In this document: in pieces, positions 45,332 to 60,500 of the stretch
Layout of the letters: each line of letters begins with the position of its first letter
How positions within the stretch are numbered: the first letter of the stretch is position 1
Assembly: GCF_009914755.1 (NCBI RefSeq)
Contig: NC_060945.1
Length of the DNA stretch: 64,000 bases
Reading direction: 5' to 3' (one strand)
Origin: the human T2T-CHM13v2.0 reference genome, Homo sapiens
Notes under the pieces: generated by a model
Database searches by the model: none
Told to the model about the DNA's origin: nothing
Seen by the model: the letters and a program-made list of their open reading frames with translations, nothing else
Program-made: the position numbers and the translations under genes

Positions 45332-45762
45332 TTTCATGCGTGTCCATGTGAAGAGACCACCAAACAGGCTTTGTGTGAGAAACATGGCTGTTTATTTCAC
45401 TGGGGTGCAGGTGGGCTGAGTCCTAAAAAGAGAGTCAGCGAAGGGAGATGGATTACCATTAGTTCTTATAGGTTTTGGGTTAGGTGGTGAAGTTAAGAGC
45501 AATGTTTTGCGGTCAGGGTGGATCTCACAAAGTACATTCTCAAGGGTGGGGAGAATTACAAAGAAACTTCTTAAGGGTGGGGGAGATTACAAAGTACATT
45601 GATCAGTTAGGGTGGGGTAGGAACAAATCACAATGGTGGAATGTCATCAGTTAAGGCTGTTTTTACTTCTTTTGTGGATCTTCAGTTACTTTAGGCCATC
45701 TGGATGTATACGTGCAAGTCACAGGGGATGCAATGGCTTGGCTTGGGCTCAGAGGCCTGACA
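45332..45762 (-). mobile_element. HERV-H solo LTR (LTR7B/LTR7Y-like)
   Basis: Reverse strand TGTCAGGCCTCTGAGCCCAAGC...ACGCATGAAA; perfect TSD CTATC at 45327-45331 and 45763-45767. Confidence 0.95.
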
Positions 45763-46305
45763 CTATCTATGTATCTATATGCATCTATTATCTACCTATC
45801 ATCTATCTCCTACTGGCTTTGTTTCTCTGAAGAACCTTGACTAACATAAGGTTTTTGTCTTTTAGTTCCATCATCTGGGCCCCTTCAAAGACAGATTCTA
45901 TTTCCTGTTTTTGGTTTCTAAGTATGTGTACACTTACTTGTTTGTTTGTTTGTTTTTAGAAAGCTGGCCATTTCTGATGATACAGGATGGCAACTCTATA
46001 TCCTGAGGGTCCCTTCCCAGAGGTTGCTGTTGTTGTTTCTTGCTTGGTCACTTTTTATTTGTTTGTTTGTTTCTTTATAGATTTTACTGAACTAATCCTG
46101 TAAAATACCTTTTCTTTGCATTTGAAAGCCTCCAATATTTCTGCTTAAATTATTTTCCCCTTATTTTTATATTTGAGCTGAACTTCCCATGAATCAGTGG
46201 GTTCAGTCACTCTTGAGTTGGCCTAAGCTGTTTATTTTATTTTACAAAGGGTTTACATAAGGCATCTGAGCTATTTAGATTTTACTGTTTGCTGTGAGAT
46301 GACTC

Positions 46306-46355
46306 TGTGTGTGTGTGTGTGTGTGTTTGTGTGTGTCTGTATGTCTCTGTGTGTG
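46306..46355. repeat. Imperfect (TG)n
   Basis: Read directly from the sequence. Confidence 0.9.
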
Positions 46356-46831
46356 ACTTTTTATGTTCTAAGTTTCATCTAGACACCACTAGTTTGAAGT
46401 CACCCTATTTCATCACTCCTAAGTGAATTTGGTCTTGGGATGCACGCAGTGTTCCAGAATGCCAGGAATTAAGTAATTTTGTTTTAATCCTAACTGTCTA
46501 GAATCACTCATGGTTCCCAGTAGCTTTTTATTCAATTAGTGGTTTTATTTAAGCCCTTATGTCAGTGGATCTTTTATCCTCTGTTGATGAGTCTGTCTGT
46601 GGCTTGTGGATACACTCAAGTCAACCCCACGTCTTGCTCTGATTGCTCCTGAGTGGGTGCAAACTAGATCATGTTACAAACTAGTGCACAAGCTCCCTAA
46701 ATCCCAGGGTGTCTCTCATTCCAGAAGGCCTATTCTTGACTTTCTCATTCCTTGTTTCTCTCTATTAAACTTACTATGGAGCTACCAACTCCCTCTTATT
46801 TTTTCTTTAACAAGATCTCTTTCATTTTTTT

Positions 46832-47256
46832 TTATTACACTTTAAGTTTTAGGGTACATGTGCACAACGTGCAGGTTTGTTACATATGTATACATGTGCC
46901 ATGTTGGTGTGCTGCACCTATTAACTCGTTATTTAACATTAGATATATCTCCTAATGCTATCCCTCTCCCCTCCCTCCACCCCACAACAGGCCCCGGTGT
47001 GTGATGTTCCCCTTCCTTTGTCCACGTGTTCTCATTGTTCAATTCCCACCTATGAGTGAGAACATGCAGTGTTTGGTTTTTTGTCCTTGCAATGGTTTGC
47101 TGAGAATGATGGTTTCCAGCTTCATCCATGTCCCTACAAAGGACATGAACTCATCATTTTTTATGGCTGCATAGTATTCCATGGTGTATATGTGCCACAT
47201 TTTCTTAATCCAGTCTATCATTGTTGGACATTTGGCTTGGTTCCAAGTCTTTGCTA
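46832..47256 (-). mobile_element. 5'-truncated young L1PA (PA3-5-like)
   Basis: TTTAAGTTTTAGGGTACATGTGCACAACGTGCAGG; ORF2 tail WIKKMWHIYTMEYYAAIKNDEFMSF; TSD TTTCATTTTTTT. Confidence 0.95.
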
Positions 47257-47321
47257 TTTCATTTTTTTAACATCATCCTTTGGCATGAGGTTTTCCATTT
47301 TCCATTTCCACACAAATGAAG

Positions 47322-48132
<811 letters not shown>

Positions 48133-51100
48133 AAAGCCAGTCCCCTTAAGCAGAGCTTTTCCTGGAGACTCTCACTGCCTCTACAGTGTACGGAATTTTT
48201 AGAAGTACATTAAAATAATGCTAAGTACTTTCTTATTATGCAGAAGCAAATTGAATTTAAAAACTAATCTCAGATGAGTGTTAGCCATGTGTTTTGTTTT
48301 GTTTTAGCCTACTTAGTGAGATGTTTTAAAATCTGTGCATTATTTGATCATTTTTTCTGCTTTTGCTGTTGCGTAGTGCATTTTTGAGGGATATTTAATA
48401 TTACCTGTTACTACTCACTAAATGTCAGTAGTACTATACCAATCATTGTGACTATCACAATGCTGTAGCAAATTTATAATGTATACACTTTTATAAGAAT
48501 GTGGCCATAGCATATATATATTCTATAATTAGAGTGTTTATGACCATAATATATCTTTGACAAAATTTAATCTCAGTTTGCGAAGATCTACCTCATTTTT
48601 AACTGCTATTTAGTTTCAATATTATGTATGTATTTTATTTTTCTATTCCAAAACTAATATTAGGTTGCCCTCTGTTAAAATTTTCCAGGTGGATTCGATT
48701 CCAAAGGCTCCTATTTAAAAACCTTTAAAAGTAATTTCTTTCAGATTAATTCATTATCACCATAGTTAGACCAAACAAAAATTATTTTAAAATATGTCAT
48801 GCCTTTTAGCTTAAATTTTACTTTTCACAAACATGATTTCTTTTGATTTTCCCAACCTACTAAGATTCTATTATCATATGTTGTAGAGGAAAAAATGAGG
48901 ATCAAAAGGGCTAAGCAATTTTGAAATGATTGAACAACATTAAGAGTCAGAGGGAAATTTAATAGCAGGTGGTTATGGCTCTTCTTTTCCACTCTAAGGC
49001 AGGGCCACTCTCCTATGTCTGATCTAACCACTTCACACTTCTACCAATAGTCTTGAATTCTGGTCTTTTAAAATATTTCTTCCTTCATCCAGCTTTCCTG
49101 AGTAGGATCTAGTGTGTAAATTGAAATGTCCCTTCCAAAGAAAGCCTATAAGCAATGAAATTGTTTAGAAATTGGGGAAATGTCTGTTACCTTGCCTACA
49201 AGATCCTATTCCATTTATCGATTGCAATTGCCTCGATCAAAGCTGAAGGGCACATGAAATTCACTATGAAGCCTGCAAACTGCAGAACTTGTGGCATTTA
49301 TTTCTTTAGTTTGTTTCAGTACAAAACCTTGAAATTTGCCCTTGTATTCTGAACAGATTTTTAACAAGCATTATTGCTATTGTGTGTTTAATATCAAAGA
49401 ATAAACAAAGACAATTCCCTTGAAAAAATTATGCTAATTGATTGAAAAGCATCAAAAACATTTACAATTCTTTTAATGAGTAGATAATTCTGCATTGATT
49501 TTTTTGAAACACAAGCATTTTCTGGCATAGAAATATGCCAGATCTCTATTGGTTATATTTTGCTTATATTTTTCTCTAAGTCAATATTATGAATGCTATG
49601 TTTCTATTGCTACACATACATTATTTTACCTCTAGTTGACAATGAAAAACAGCAGACTAGCCAATTATATAAAAGGATCATAAGAGAAAATATATTTTCA
49701 TTTTCTGGAAATTGTATTTCTCCCAAATCTCATCTTCATAGAGTCTACAAATTCATTTTCCTTAGATTAAAATTGCTTCCAGACAAAAAATCCAGAATGA
49801 TAATTGGAGTATTATCTTCCTAGTTGGAAGTCAAAAATAGATACTTTTTTTTCTTCTGTTTAGGTAATAATAGTTCTCATCCAAAATAGGAATCTGGCAA
49901 AGAAAATGAAGGAGGGAGAGAGAGTCGCATGGTTTGACTTTGATTTTTTTCCATGTAATAATCAGGAGATAATTCTGATCGCATGCATCATCTGGTGCGA
50001 GAATAACGCCCATTCAATTGAGCCTTTTCATCTCTAAAGGCCATTTTATCCTCAACTTTATAGTCACCTTTCTTGACTACAGTCGCAATAGTTAACTCTG
50101 TAAGTTTGAAGATATTATGGGAAGTTGAGGGATCTAAAGAGCATGTGAATAGGCTGACACTGTATCAGGGAAAATAAAACAAAACAAAAACAAAATAGCC
50201 TGTCATTTATGGAAGAACATTTTGGGCTCTTTAATGTGAGTTAAGAAGAACATATTTTACCTCTTATAATAGGATGTTATTAATGGTCGAAAATATGCTA
50301 CTAAAATAGAATCAAGCTGGAGAAACCCACCCCCAACTATAAGAAATGTGGCTTGGAAATATAAAAGGACTCACACTGAAGAATAGTCCTAAGAATGTTA
50401 GATATGTGGTAATGTCTTCAGTGGTTCCAGCTCTGTTTGATGACATAAAATAATCCATTCTGGAGAAAAACTTTATGAATTTTTGGGATGTGGGAATGCT
50501 TCATTTTCTCACATCCATTCAAAGACACATGATAATGCATATTAGAGATGGACCTTGAAAATATAAGAATGCACACCTAACTGAAACCCAAGTAGTATGG
50601 AAGTACTGAAAAGCTCTCCATTTCAACAATTATTTTAAAAGTCACATGAAAACTACTAGAATGAAATTCTACAAATGTAAGTAATATGGAAATCCTGAAA
50701 CAAATTAATTATTGTATAGTGCTTGAGAAAATTCAAAACATGAAAGAAATAGTATATGAGTTACACATATATTGTGTTTATCAGTGGTTCATTATGAAAG
50801 AGGGTCTCTGCGCTACAATTTTCACTGCTTTTGCAAGGGAACATTGAGGTGAGAATTGCTCAGATACTTCGTAATCAACAGTATGAGTTTAACGGGCAGT
50901 GGTTTTTTTTAAGCCAGTTAAAGTATTTTTCTATCCATTTTAAAGTGTGTTGAATCTTAGAGTGAACTAAAATGTATTCCTAATATATAGGTAGGTTTAA
51001 TTTTTATATAGTTGTTTAATTCTTCTGTGATTAATAGGCCATTGAAAAATGAGTATTTGATTATTGTTGAGATTTTTCTTATTCACCTTATCTGGAAGGT

Positions 51101-51999
51101 TCTGAATATCCTCACCCATTTTATATATTCCACCTTTTATTCATATGGGAAAAACTTCTCTTTTTTGGTGTAAAAATATTTATCTTATTTTCTTGCTAAT
51201 AAAGAGTTGGGGTTAATCTGTAAGGATGTAAAGTTTATTATGGAGTATAGTCTCATGTGAAATATTATTTTCATATATTGCCCTTTACTGTTTGTCATTA
51301 TTTCTGCTTGTTATTTGGATATTTCACTTGAATTAAAGAGAGCACTGTGATAGAACAATATATTGTGTCTAATCTGAGAGAGAAAACCTCCAGTCTCACC
51401 CTCAAGTATAATGTTAGATCTGGGTTTTTAATAACTGCCTTAATGAAGGTTGAAAAAAAGAAAATACTGTAACATGTTTATTCATTTAGATATTTAGAAA
51501 GTTATAAATATTTTATACATTCTTGAGATAATTCTTTAGAAAACAAGAAATTTCTTGTTGCATATAATGTGTATGCAACACATTAGATCAGTAATATAAC
51601 AAGCTATGTGGAAGAATAACAGCAGTAAAAGGCAATTATATATTAATACATTTAAACAATAAGAATTATCGATTACATTATTAAAAATCAAAGAAGATTG
51701 ATGACTGACAGGCCTGTTAATATGTGTTGCATGGTAATTGTTTGGGTGTCTGTGTGCATATGTGTACACATATACACAAATACATATATATGTATAGTTA
51801 TATATTATTTATAAAACCATCAAATCATCAATTTTAACATAAATTTACATCATAATGTTTTATATAATCTCTAATTATAACTTGCATATTCTTTTATCAA
51901 CTTATTTTCTATATAAAAATTTCTAAGGTCCTCAAGCTGCCATTATATTCCTCAGGACAAAGGGCGTTTTAGTCTTTACATTTTAAAGTAATTTATAAT

Positions 52000-52103
52000 A
52001 ATGTGAGATGATGGATATGTTAATTTGCTTGATGCAGTAACCACTTTACTATTTATATGTAGCAAAACGTCATATTGTACATTTTAAATACATACAATAA
52101 AAA
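52000..52103 (+). mobile_element. L1MA/MB extreme 3' end
   Basis: ATGTGAGATGATGGATATGTTAATTTGCTTGA...TTGTACA...ACAATAAAA. Confidence 0.75.
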
Positions 52104-52172
52104 TGAGTAGACTAATTTATGATTTATGTTATTACTTAGTCTTTAAAAATTTCATGAACAATTATTTGGTTA

Positions 52173-52592
<420 letters not shown>

Positions 52593-52995
52593 AGATTTTA
52601 CAACAAATCTATTTCAAATTATGTAGTATTACTTACACGTTAAATGTATTGTGCATGGAAGTCAATGCTTTAAAGATTTTAAAATATTTTAAATATGATT
52701 GTTTTAGTTAAATAGAATTTGACTATGTTAAGTAATTTGTCCAAATGATTGTATATTTTGGATTAAAAATAAGTTTGCAACAAACTTTTATTTCAAAATA
52801 CTAACATCTGTGTTTATCTAAATCAAAAACGTGATAAAGTTCTATTTCAAAAAATAAAATAAAAATTTCAGAATACATAAAGTAGAAATTAAAAGAATTT
52901 CTTAATTTTAACTTTCTGTATACTTGCTATTAGTTTATAATATATAGACTATCTTAAGTTAAACATTGGCATTTGTAATAACAGGTGCTGTACAT

Positions 52996-53060
52996 ATGTG
53001 TGTGTGTGTGTGTGTGTGTACATATGTCTCTGTGTCTCTGTGTATATGTATGTGTGTGTG
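52996..53060. repeat. Compound (TG)n
   Basis: Read directly from the sequence. Confidence 0.85.
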
Positions 53061-53081
53061 TTAGAATTAAAAAAGGAATCA

Positions 53082-53201
53082 AGAAGCTGAGGTGGGAGAG
53101 TAGCTTGAGCCCAGGAGTTTGAGGCTACAGTTACATGCTCACACTCCTGCACTCCAGCCTGGGCAACAGAGTGAGACCAAGTCTCAAAAAAATAAAAATA
53201 G
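53082..53201 (+). mobile_element. 5'-truncated AluJ/FRAM right monomer
   Basis: GCTTGAGCCCAGGAGTTTGAGGCT; perfect TSD AAAAAGGAATCA. Confidence 0.88.
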
Positions 53202-54474
53202 AAAAAGGAATCATTGCATGTGAGAATACATGAAACTCTTTTTGTGTTCATTAGCTACAGAATGTTTTATTGTTTGTAGTCCCATAAAGTGAAATAAGTT
53301 AATTAGTCTGCAAAAACTCTACAGTATTAACAAAAAATACATAATTTAAAAACAAATGGACAAAGAGAAAATGTGTAAGGGCCAGTAAAGCAGAGCATAG
53401 TTGTTAAAGGACTTGTTAACATATTATAATAGGCTGTTAGATAAACTACAGCAAACATTCTTTTGAAGTCACTACTATGCTCAAAATCATTAAAAGAGCA
53501 TCCTATGGGCCTTAGAAAAAAACAATATGTAAAAAGCTGAGACTGATCAGGCTGCTCCCAGAACATATAAACTTATCATTCATAGGGTGTGGAGAGAAAA
53601 TGTTAATGCCAGAGTGAAACAAAGGCAGTGAGTCCATGAAATATTCCAAAGCTCCAAAATGGAGCTAAACCTGAAAGGACTTCTTTAAGTCAAGATCCAA
53701 TAAGAGGGAATGCTCAATTGCTTATATGACATTGACGTTATTTCTTTCTCACATGGCAGTCCATAGGTGATTGCTCCAATATTGGTAGAGTTTCTCCTCT
53801 GTGGAATTATCCAGGACCATAAAATGGCAGATTGGTGTTAGTCATACTAAGCTTATGGCTTCCATCACTAGGTCTACAGTTTAATATTATAGAAGCCATT
53901 TCTGTCCATATGATCGGTAAAGACGGCAAAAAAGGTTATCAGTTGACATGTACTTTTGAATAAATTCAGGGTATTTGAATTGGCAATATGTACGAATATT
54001 TGACACATGCATACATCTTTGGTACAATGATTCTACTTCTAAGAATTTTATTTATAGAGGAATTATATAGATGTGTACAAATATGTGAACAGTAATGTAG
54101 CATAGCATTGATTATATGATTAAACTATGTAATCTCTATTTTTTAAAAAATTTATGTGTTACTGGTGATTTAAAGTAGCCTTGTTTTTCAGACCTTAGTT
54201 AATAAACATAAAAGAATAAGGAGAGATTTCTGAAATGTAATTTTAAGAAGAAAATATTTTTAAATGTTTAAAAGTGGAAGAATTTATTTTATCTTCCTTT
54301 CCGGATGTTAAAAAGCCAGAATCCCCCAAATTAAATGCATAATATTGCATATTATATATTTATGTAATTTGATTGTATTTGCATATATATACACATATGT
54401 GTATAAATATATATATATACACATATGTATATAACTAAATGAAATTACTAGAAATATGAACTAATGAAAATAAT

Positions 54475-54715
54475 AGATAGTGTTAGAGAAAGGACATGGG
54501 CTTGGAGAAACATTTATCTCAATTTGAATCCCACCTCTACTATCTGTGAGATTTTCAACAAATTATTGATTTTCCCTCATTTTCAATTTCATTACTTGAA
54601 GAATCAGTCCAACGAAGACTTTATTTGTGTAACCATGGATACTAGATGAGGCAGTGTTTGTAAAGTACTCAGTACAATGCTAAGAAGTAAGTGCTCAACA
54701 ATGTTAGTTTTATTG
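54475..54715 (+). mobile_element. MIR
   Basis: TTTGAATCCCACCTCTAC...TGTAAAGTACTCAGTACAATGC...TAAGTGCTCAA. Confidence 0.75.
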
Positions 54716-55820
54716 CTGTTTTTGTTGTTTTCATTATTGTTACTGACATACATATTTATTAAAGCTATCTCTGAAATCATCTGTGTCAATAATTGTACAC
54801 ATACCGTTTTTAAAGAGGTTAACCAGGCTCTGCTACAATATTTCCAGGGACAGGGACAACATTATATTTTAAGAGATCCCACAACCTGTAAGTATTATAA
54901 TTGTACATAACTGTTGCTATACAAAATATACCCCAGTATATGTTAGTAAAATGTATAACTTTAATATTTTAAATATATATCCAAAATTCTTGTGTTTTCC
55001 TAAAAATATATGAGTAAGTAATTCATACATTTAAGGTATTTTATTATTTAGAATAAAATCAAAAGTAACTATAAAGGATAACTAGCATATAATCAATTAG
55101 ATGAGACAAAATGCAGTTATGGATTTCCTTTGAAAGCCAATTTTTTTTAAAAAAAACATATATTGAAGATGGAAGGCTTATACCTTGCAAAACAAGGCTT
55201 ATATCTTAAGCCATTCTTGAAAAATAATGTTTAATATTTAGGAAAATGGCAGACTTGTACCCTTCCATATTTCTATTATAATAGACTTATTTTGAAAATT
55301 AGATTTTGCTTATTAGCATGTTAAATTTCATTTTGCTGGGAGAGGGAGATTAATGAGCTTAAAGCAATAATTGCCTAGGCACCTGTAAGAAAGCACTCAT
55401 ATAGAGGAAGCCTTTGATTTTAGTTTTCTTAAATACAGATCTCTTAGATTGCTTTCTTTTTGCACATAGCTAGAATGTAATTAAAATAGATAATTAGAGA
55501 AAGTAATTACTGAGTACTTCTTTCATCCTTGTGCATTCATTAAGGATTATATATAAATCTAAATTAGCCCGAAATGTACAGTAGTTGACAGTTTGAAAAC
55601 TATCTTGAAGTATAACATTAAGAACAGTCATTTTTTCTCATAAATGTGTGTGTTTAACTTGGAACCATGCACAGTTCTATTAATTTGTATAACTGGGGTT
55701 TTAAAATGATGCAAAGTAGTGAATGATGGACTAGCAGAAAAATCTAAATTTCTATTTTATATTTATTTTAAATAAAAAGAAAGAGATTTATTTTCCTTAT
55801 TCTATTTTACTTGTTTATAA

Positions 55821-56175
<355 letters not shown>

Positions 56176-56487
56176 TGAGTCATTATTATTTTTATTATTT
56201 CTATAAGATAAACTCTATGCAAATTGATAGCTTTTCCAACTTAATTGTCCTGTTCAGAATATGAGCTAAGGTCAATTTTTCTTATTATTAAAAACAAAGC
56301 ACCAAACAATGTGAATTGTTACTGCATTATAGTCATTGGTGTCTCCTACTGGAAGTAAACTCCAAATATGTTAATTGTATAGAATTCCAACCCAAATAAA
56401 GAATCATAGAAGAATCCCTAGTGTTACTAGATATTAACATTTGCAATCTTGAGTAAATTAGATTATGATGTGAATTGAATGAATTTA

Positions 56488-57555
56488 CAGGCAAACCTTG
56501 TTATATTGCACTTCCTTTTACTGCACTTTGCAGATACAGTCTTTTTTTAACAAATTGAAGATTTGTGGCAACCCTGCATCCAGCAAGTCTATTAGCAACA
56601 TTTTTTCAACAGCATATGCTCACATCATGTGTCTGTGTCACAATTTGGTAATTCTCACAATATTTCAAACTTAATATTGATTATTATTAAATCTATTTTG
56701 GTGATCTGTGACCAGTGATCTTTGATGTTGCTATTATAATCGTTTTGGGGAATCCCAAACCAAACTTATAAAAGACAGCAAACTTAATTGATAGCGGGAG
56801 TGTGCGTTCTGACTGCTCTACTGACCACCGTTTCGCTTGTCTTCTCACCTTCTCTTAGGGTCTCTCTGTTCCTTGAGACAAAACAATATTGAAATTTGGC
56901 CAATTAATAACCATACTGGGGCCTCTAAGTGTCCAAGTGAAAGGAAAAGCTGCATATCTCACCTTTTAAATCAAAAGCTAGAAATGATTAAGTTTAGGTA
57001 GGAAGACATGTCAAAAACCAAGAAAGGCCCAAATTAGGCCTCTCGCACCAGTTAGCCAAGTTAGAAAAGCAAAGAAAAAGTTCTTAAAGGAAATTAAAAA
57101 GTACTACTTCCGTGAATACATAAAGAATAAGCAAAACAGCTTTATTGCTGATATAAAGAAAGTTCAAGTGATCTGGGTAGATGATCAAACCACAATATTC
57201 CCTTCAGACAAAACCTAATTGAGGGCCAGTATTAACTCTATTGAATTCTAGGAAAGTCAAGAAAGGTAAGGAAGCTACAAAAGAAAATTTGAAGCTAAGA
57301 GAAATTAGTTCATGAGGTTTAAGGAAAGAAGCTGTTTTTATAACATAAATGTTCAAGATGTAATAGCAAGTGCTGATGTAGAAGTTGCAGCCAGTTTTCC
57401 ACAAGATCTAGCTAAGAAAATCAATGAGGGGGGCTACACTAAACAACAGATTTTCAATGTACATAAAGCAGCTTTCTATTAGAAGAATAGACCACCTAGG
57501 AGTTTTAGAGCTAGAGAGGAATCAATGCCTGACTTCAAAGCTTCAAAAAATAGGC
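56488..57555 (+). mobile_element. Tigger1, 5' part, with disabled transposase start
   Basis: TA|CAGGCAAACCTTGTTATATTGCACTT TIR; AAATCAAAAGCTAGAAATGATTAAG transposase start; stops and frameshifts. Confidence 0.92.
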
Positions 57556-60500
57556 GGCAAGATGGTGGAATAGTAAGCCACCAAGGGCTACAGCTCTCTG
57601 TGACTCCAAGTGAAGTTGAAAAGCATTCTAGGCCATAAGAACTGCAACTCTTAGGTGAGTCCTACGGCTGAACTAGGCCCAGAGAAGGGTAACTAGGGAG
57701 TCACATGACGTACTGAGATAGAAGCTGGGGTAGCCAAAGGAGTTCCGGCAAGGGAGTTCCCCTAACCTCAGGCTGCACACCTCAGAGCTCCAAAAGCGAC
57801 TCTTCCCTTCTGCATGAGGGGAGCAAAGGGAAGAGCAGATAGGACTTTGTTTTGCATTTTGGATACCAGTTCAGCCACAGAAGAACTCTGGACACCAGCC
57901 AGAGTTGTGAGGTCCCTGTTCCAAGCCCTAGCTCCCAGATGACATTTCTAGACATACCCTGGGCCAAAGAGAATCTGCTGCCTTGAAGAAAAGAACCCAG
58001 TCCTGGCACCATTCATCACTTGCTAGTTAAAGAGTCCTTGGACCCTGAATAACCAGCAGTGATACCCAAGTCCTACATCAAGGGCCTTTGTGAGCCTCTG
58101 AAACTTGCTGGCTTAAGGTGAGACTCAGCATTCTACCATCTGTGGTGGCTACAGGGCAAAACTCCTTCGGCTTGAGAAAAGCAGAGCAAAAATTAAAGGG
58201 GACTTTATCTTTCACCTTTAGGTATCAGCATGCCCACAGCAGGGTGGAGCACCAAGCAGCGTGTTGGAATCCCTGATTCTAGGACTAAAGTCTTAGATGG
58301 CATTTCTGGACCTGCCCTGGGCCAGACGGGAGCCCACTTCCCAGAAGGTGAGTCCCAGGCCAGGCAGCATTCAGGACAAGCTAACTTAAGAGACCTTGGG
58401 CCTTAAGGAAATATTGGCAGTATTCTGGAAGTACTCTTTGTGACCTGGGGTGGTGGTGACTCTGGGGTGAGGCTCCCCTGCCATTGGAAAAAAACAGGGA
58501 AGAGTGGGAAGGACTGCATCTTGTGGTTGGAGTACCAGCTCAGCTGCAATACAATAGAATACCAGGTAGACTTCTACAATTTTTGACTCTAGTCCCTGAC
58601 TACTGGACTGTACTTCTGGACTCACCCAGGACCTGGTGGACCTCGCCATCCTGAAGGGAATGACACGAGCCTTGCTGCCTTTAATATCTACTGATAGTCG
58701 AGTCTCAGGGCCTTGAGCTAACATAGGTGGTGGCCTGGGAGTGGTTACAGCAGGCCTTGGGCAAGACTTAGTGCTGTGTTGGCTTCAGATCAGACTCAGC
58801 ACAGTTATAGTGATGGTGGCCACAGGGGTGCTTGTGTCACTCCATCCCCAGCTTTAGGTAACTCAGAACAGTGAGAGAGAGAGAGAGAGAGAGATTCTGT
58901 GTGTTTGGGAGGTTGTAAGGGAAGAGAACAATAGTCTTTGCCTGATAATCCAGAGAATTCTCCCAGATCTTGTCCAAGACCTTCTAAGGTGGTATGGTAC
59001 CTCTACAAGTCTGCAAGAACCACAGTATTACTGGGCTTTGGGTACCCTCTAAAGCAGATGGAGTTTAGATCACAACACCCAAGTCATTTCAAATACCCAG
59101 AGAGACTTCCCAAGAAGGACAGCTACAGATAAGCCTGGACATTGATGACTACAATAAATACCCAACTCTTCAATGCCCAGACACCAAAGAACATCTACCA
59201 GCAATGACACCATCCAGGAAAACATGGCCTCAACAAATGAACTAAATAAGGCATTAGGGACCAATCCTTGAGAAACAGAAATAAGTGACATTTCCCATAG
59301 ATAATTCAAAATAGCTGTTTTGAGGAAACTCAAAGAAATGTATGATAATACAGGAAAGGAATTCAGAATCCTATCAGATAATTTTAATAAACAGATTGAA
59401 ATAATTAAATATAATCAAGCAGAAATTCTAAAGCTGAAAAATGCAATTTGCATACTAGAAAAAGAATTAGAGTCCTTGAATAGAAGAATTGATCAAGCAA
59501 AAGAAAGAATTAGTGAACTTGAAGATAGGTTATTTGAAAATACACAGTCGAAGAGACCAAAAGAAAAAGAATAAAAAGCAATGAAGCATGACTACAGCAT
59601 GTAGAAAATAGCTTCAAAAGGGCAGATCTGCAACTTATTGGCCTTAAAGAGGAGGTAGAGAAAGAGATAGGAGTAGAAAGTTCATTCAAAGGGATAATAA
59701 CAGAGAACTTCCCAAATCTAGAGTAAGATATCAATATCAAAGTACAAGAACACTATAGAATACCAAGCAGATTTAGCTTGAAAAAGCATACCTCCAGGCA
59801 CTTAATAATCAAACTCCGAATGTTCAAAGATAAAGAAAGGATCCTAAAAGCAGCAAGAGAAAAGAAACAAACAATATTTAATGGAGCTCCAACATATCTG
59901 GTGGTTGACTTGTCAGTGGAAACTTTACAGGTCAGGAGAGAGTGGTATAACATGTATAAAGTGCTGAAGAAAAATAACATTTATTAGAAGAGTATATCTG
60001 GTGAAAATATATTTCAAACATGAAGAAGAAATAAAGACTTCCCCAGACAGGTAAAAGCTGAGGGATTTCATTAATACCAGACCTTTTCAACAAGAAATGT
60101 TGAAAGAAAGAAAAGAACATTAGTGAGCAATAAATAATCACCTGAAGGTACAAAACTCACAATAATAGTAAGGTAGAAAACTCACTGGAAATAGAATATT
60201 ATAACACCGTAACTGTGGTGTGCAAACTACCCTTATTCTAAGTAGAAAGACTAAAGGATGAACCAATCTAAAATAATAACTACAACAACTTTGCAAAACA
60301 CATTCAGTACAAACAATATAAATAGAAACAACAAAAAGTTAAAAAGTGGGGGGATGAAGTTAAGGTATATTATTTTTATTAGTTTTCTTTTTTCTTATTT
60401 GTTTATGCAAATGATGCTGTTATCAGGTTAAAATAATTTGTTATAATATAGTATTTGCAAGACTCCTAGTAACCTCAAACCAAAAAACATACAGTGGACA

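Larger units (their letters stand above)
44365..45848 (+). mobile_element. MLT2 (ERVL) solo LTR hosting two younger LTRs
   Basis: TGTGATGG start; TGTGGGACTTCTCAGCC..CATAATTG..TGAGCCA; TTTCTCTGAAGAACCTTGACTAA end; TSD GGGTT/AGGTT. Confidence 0.88.
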
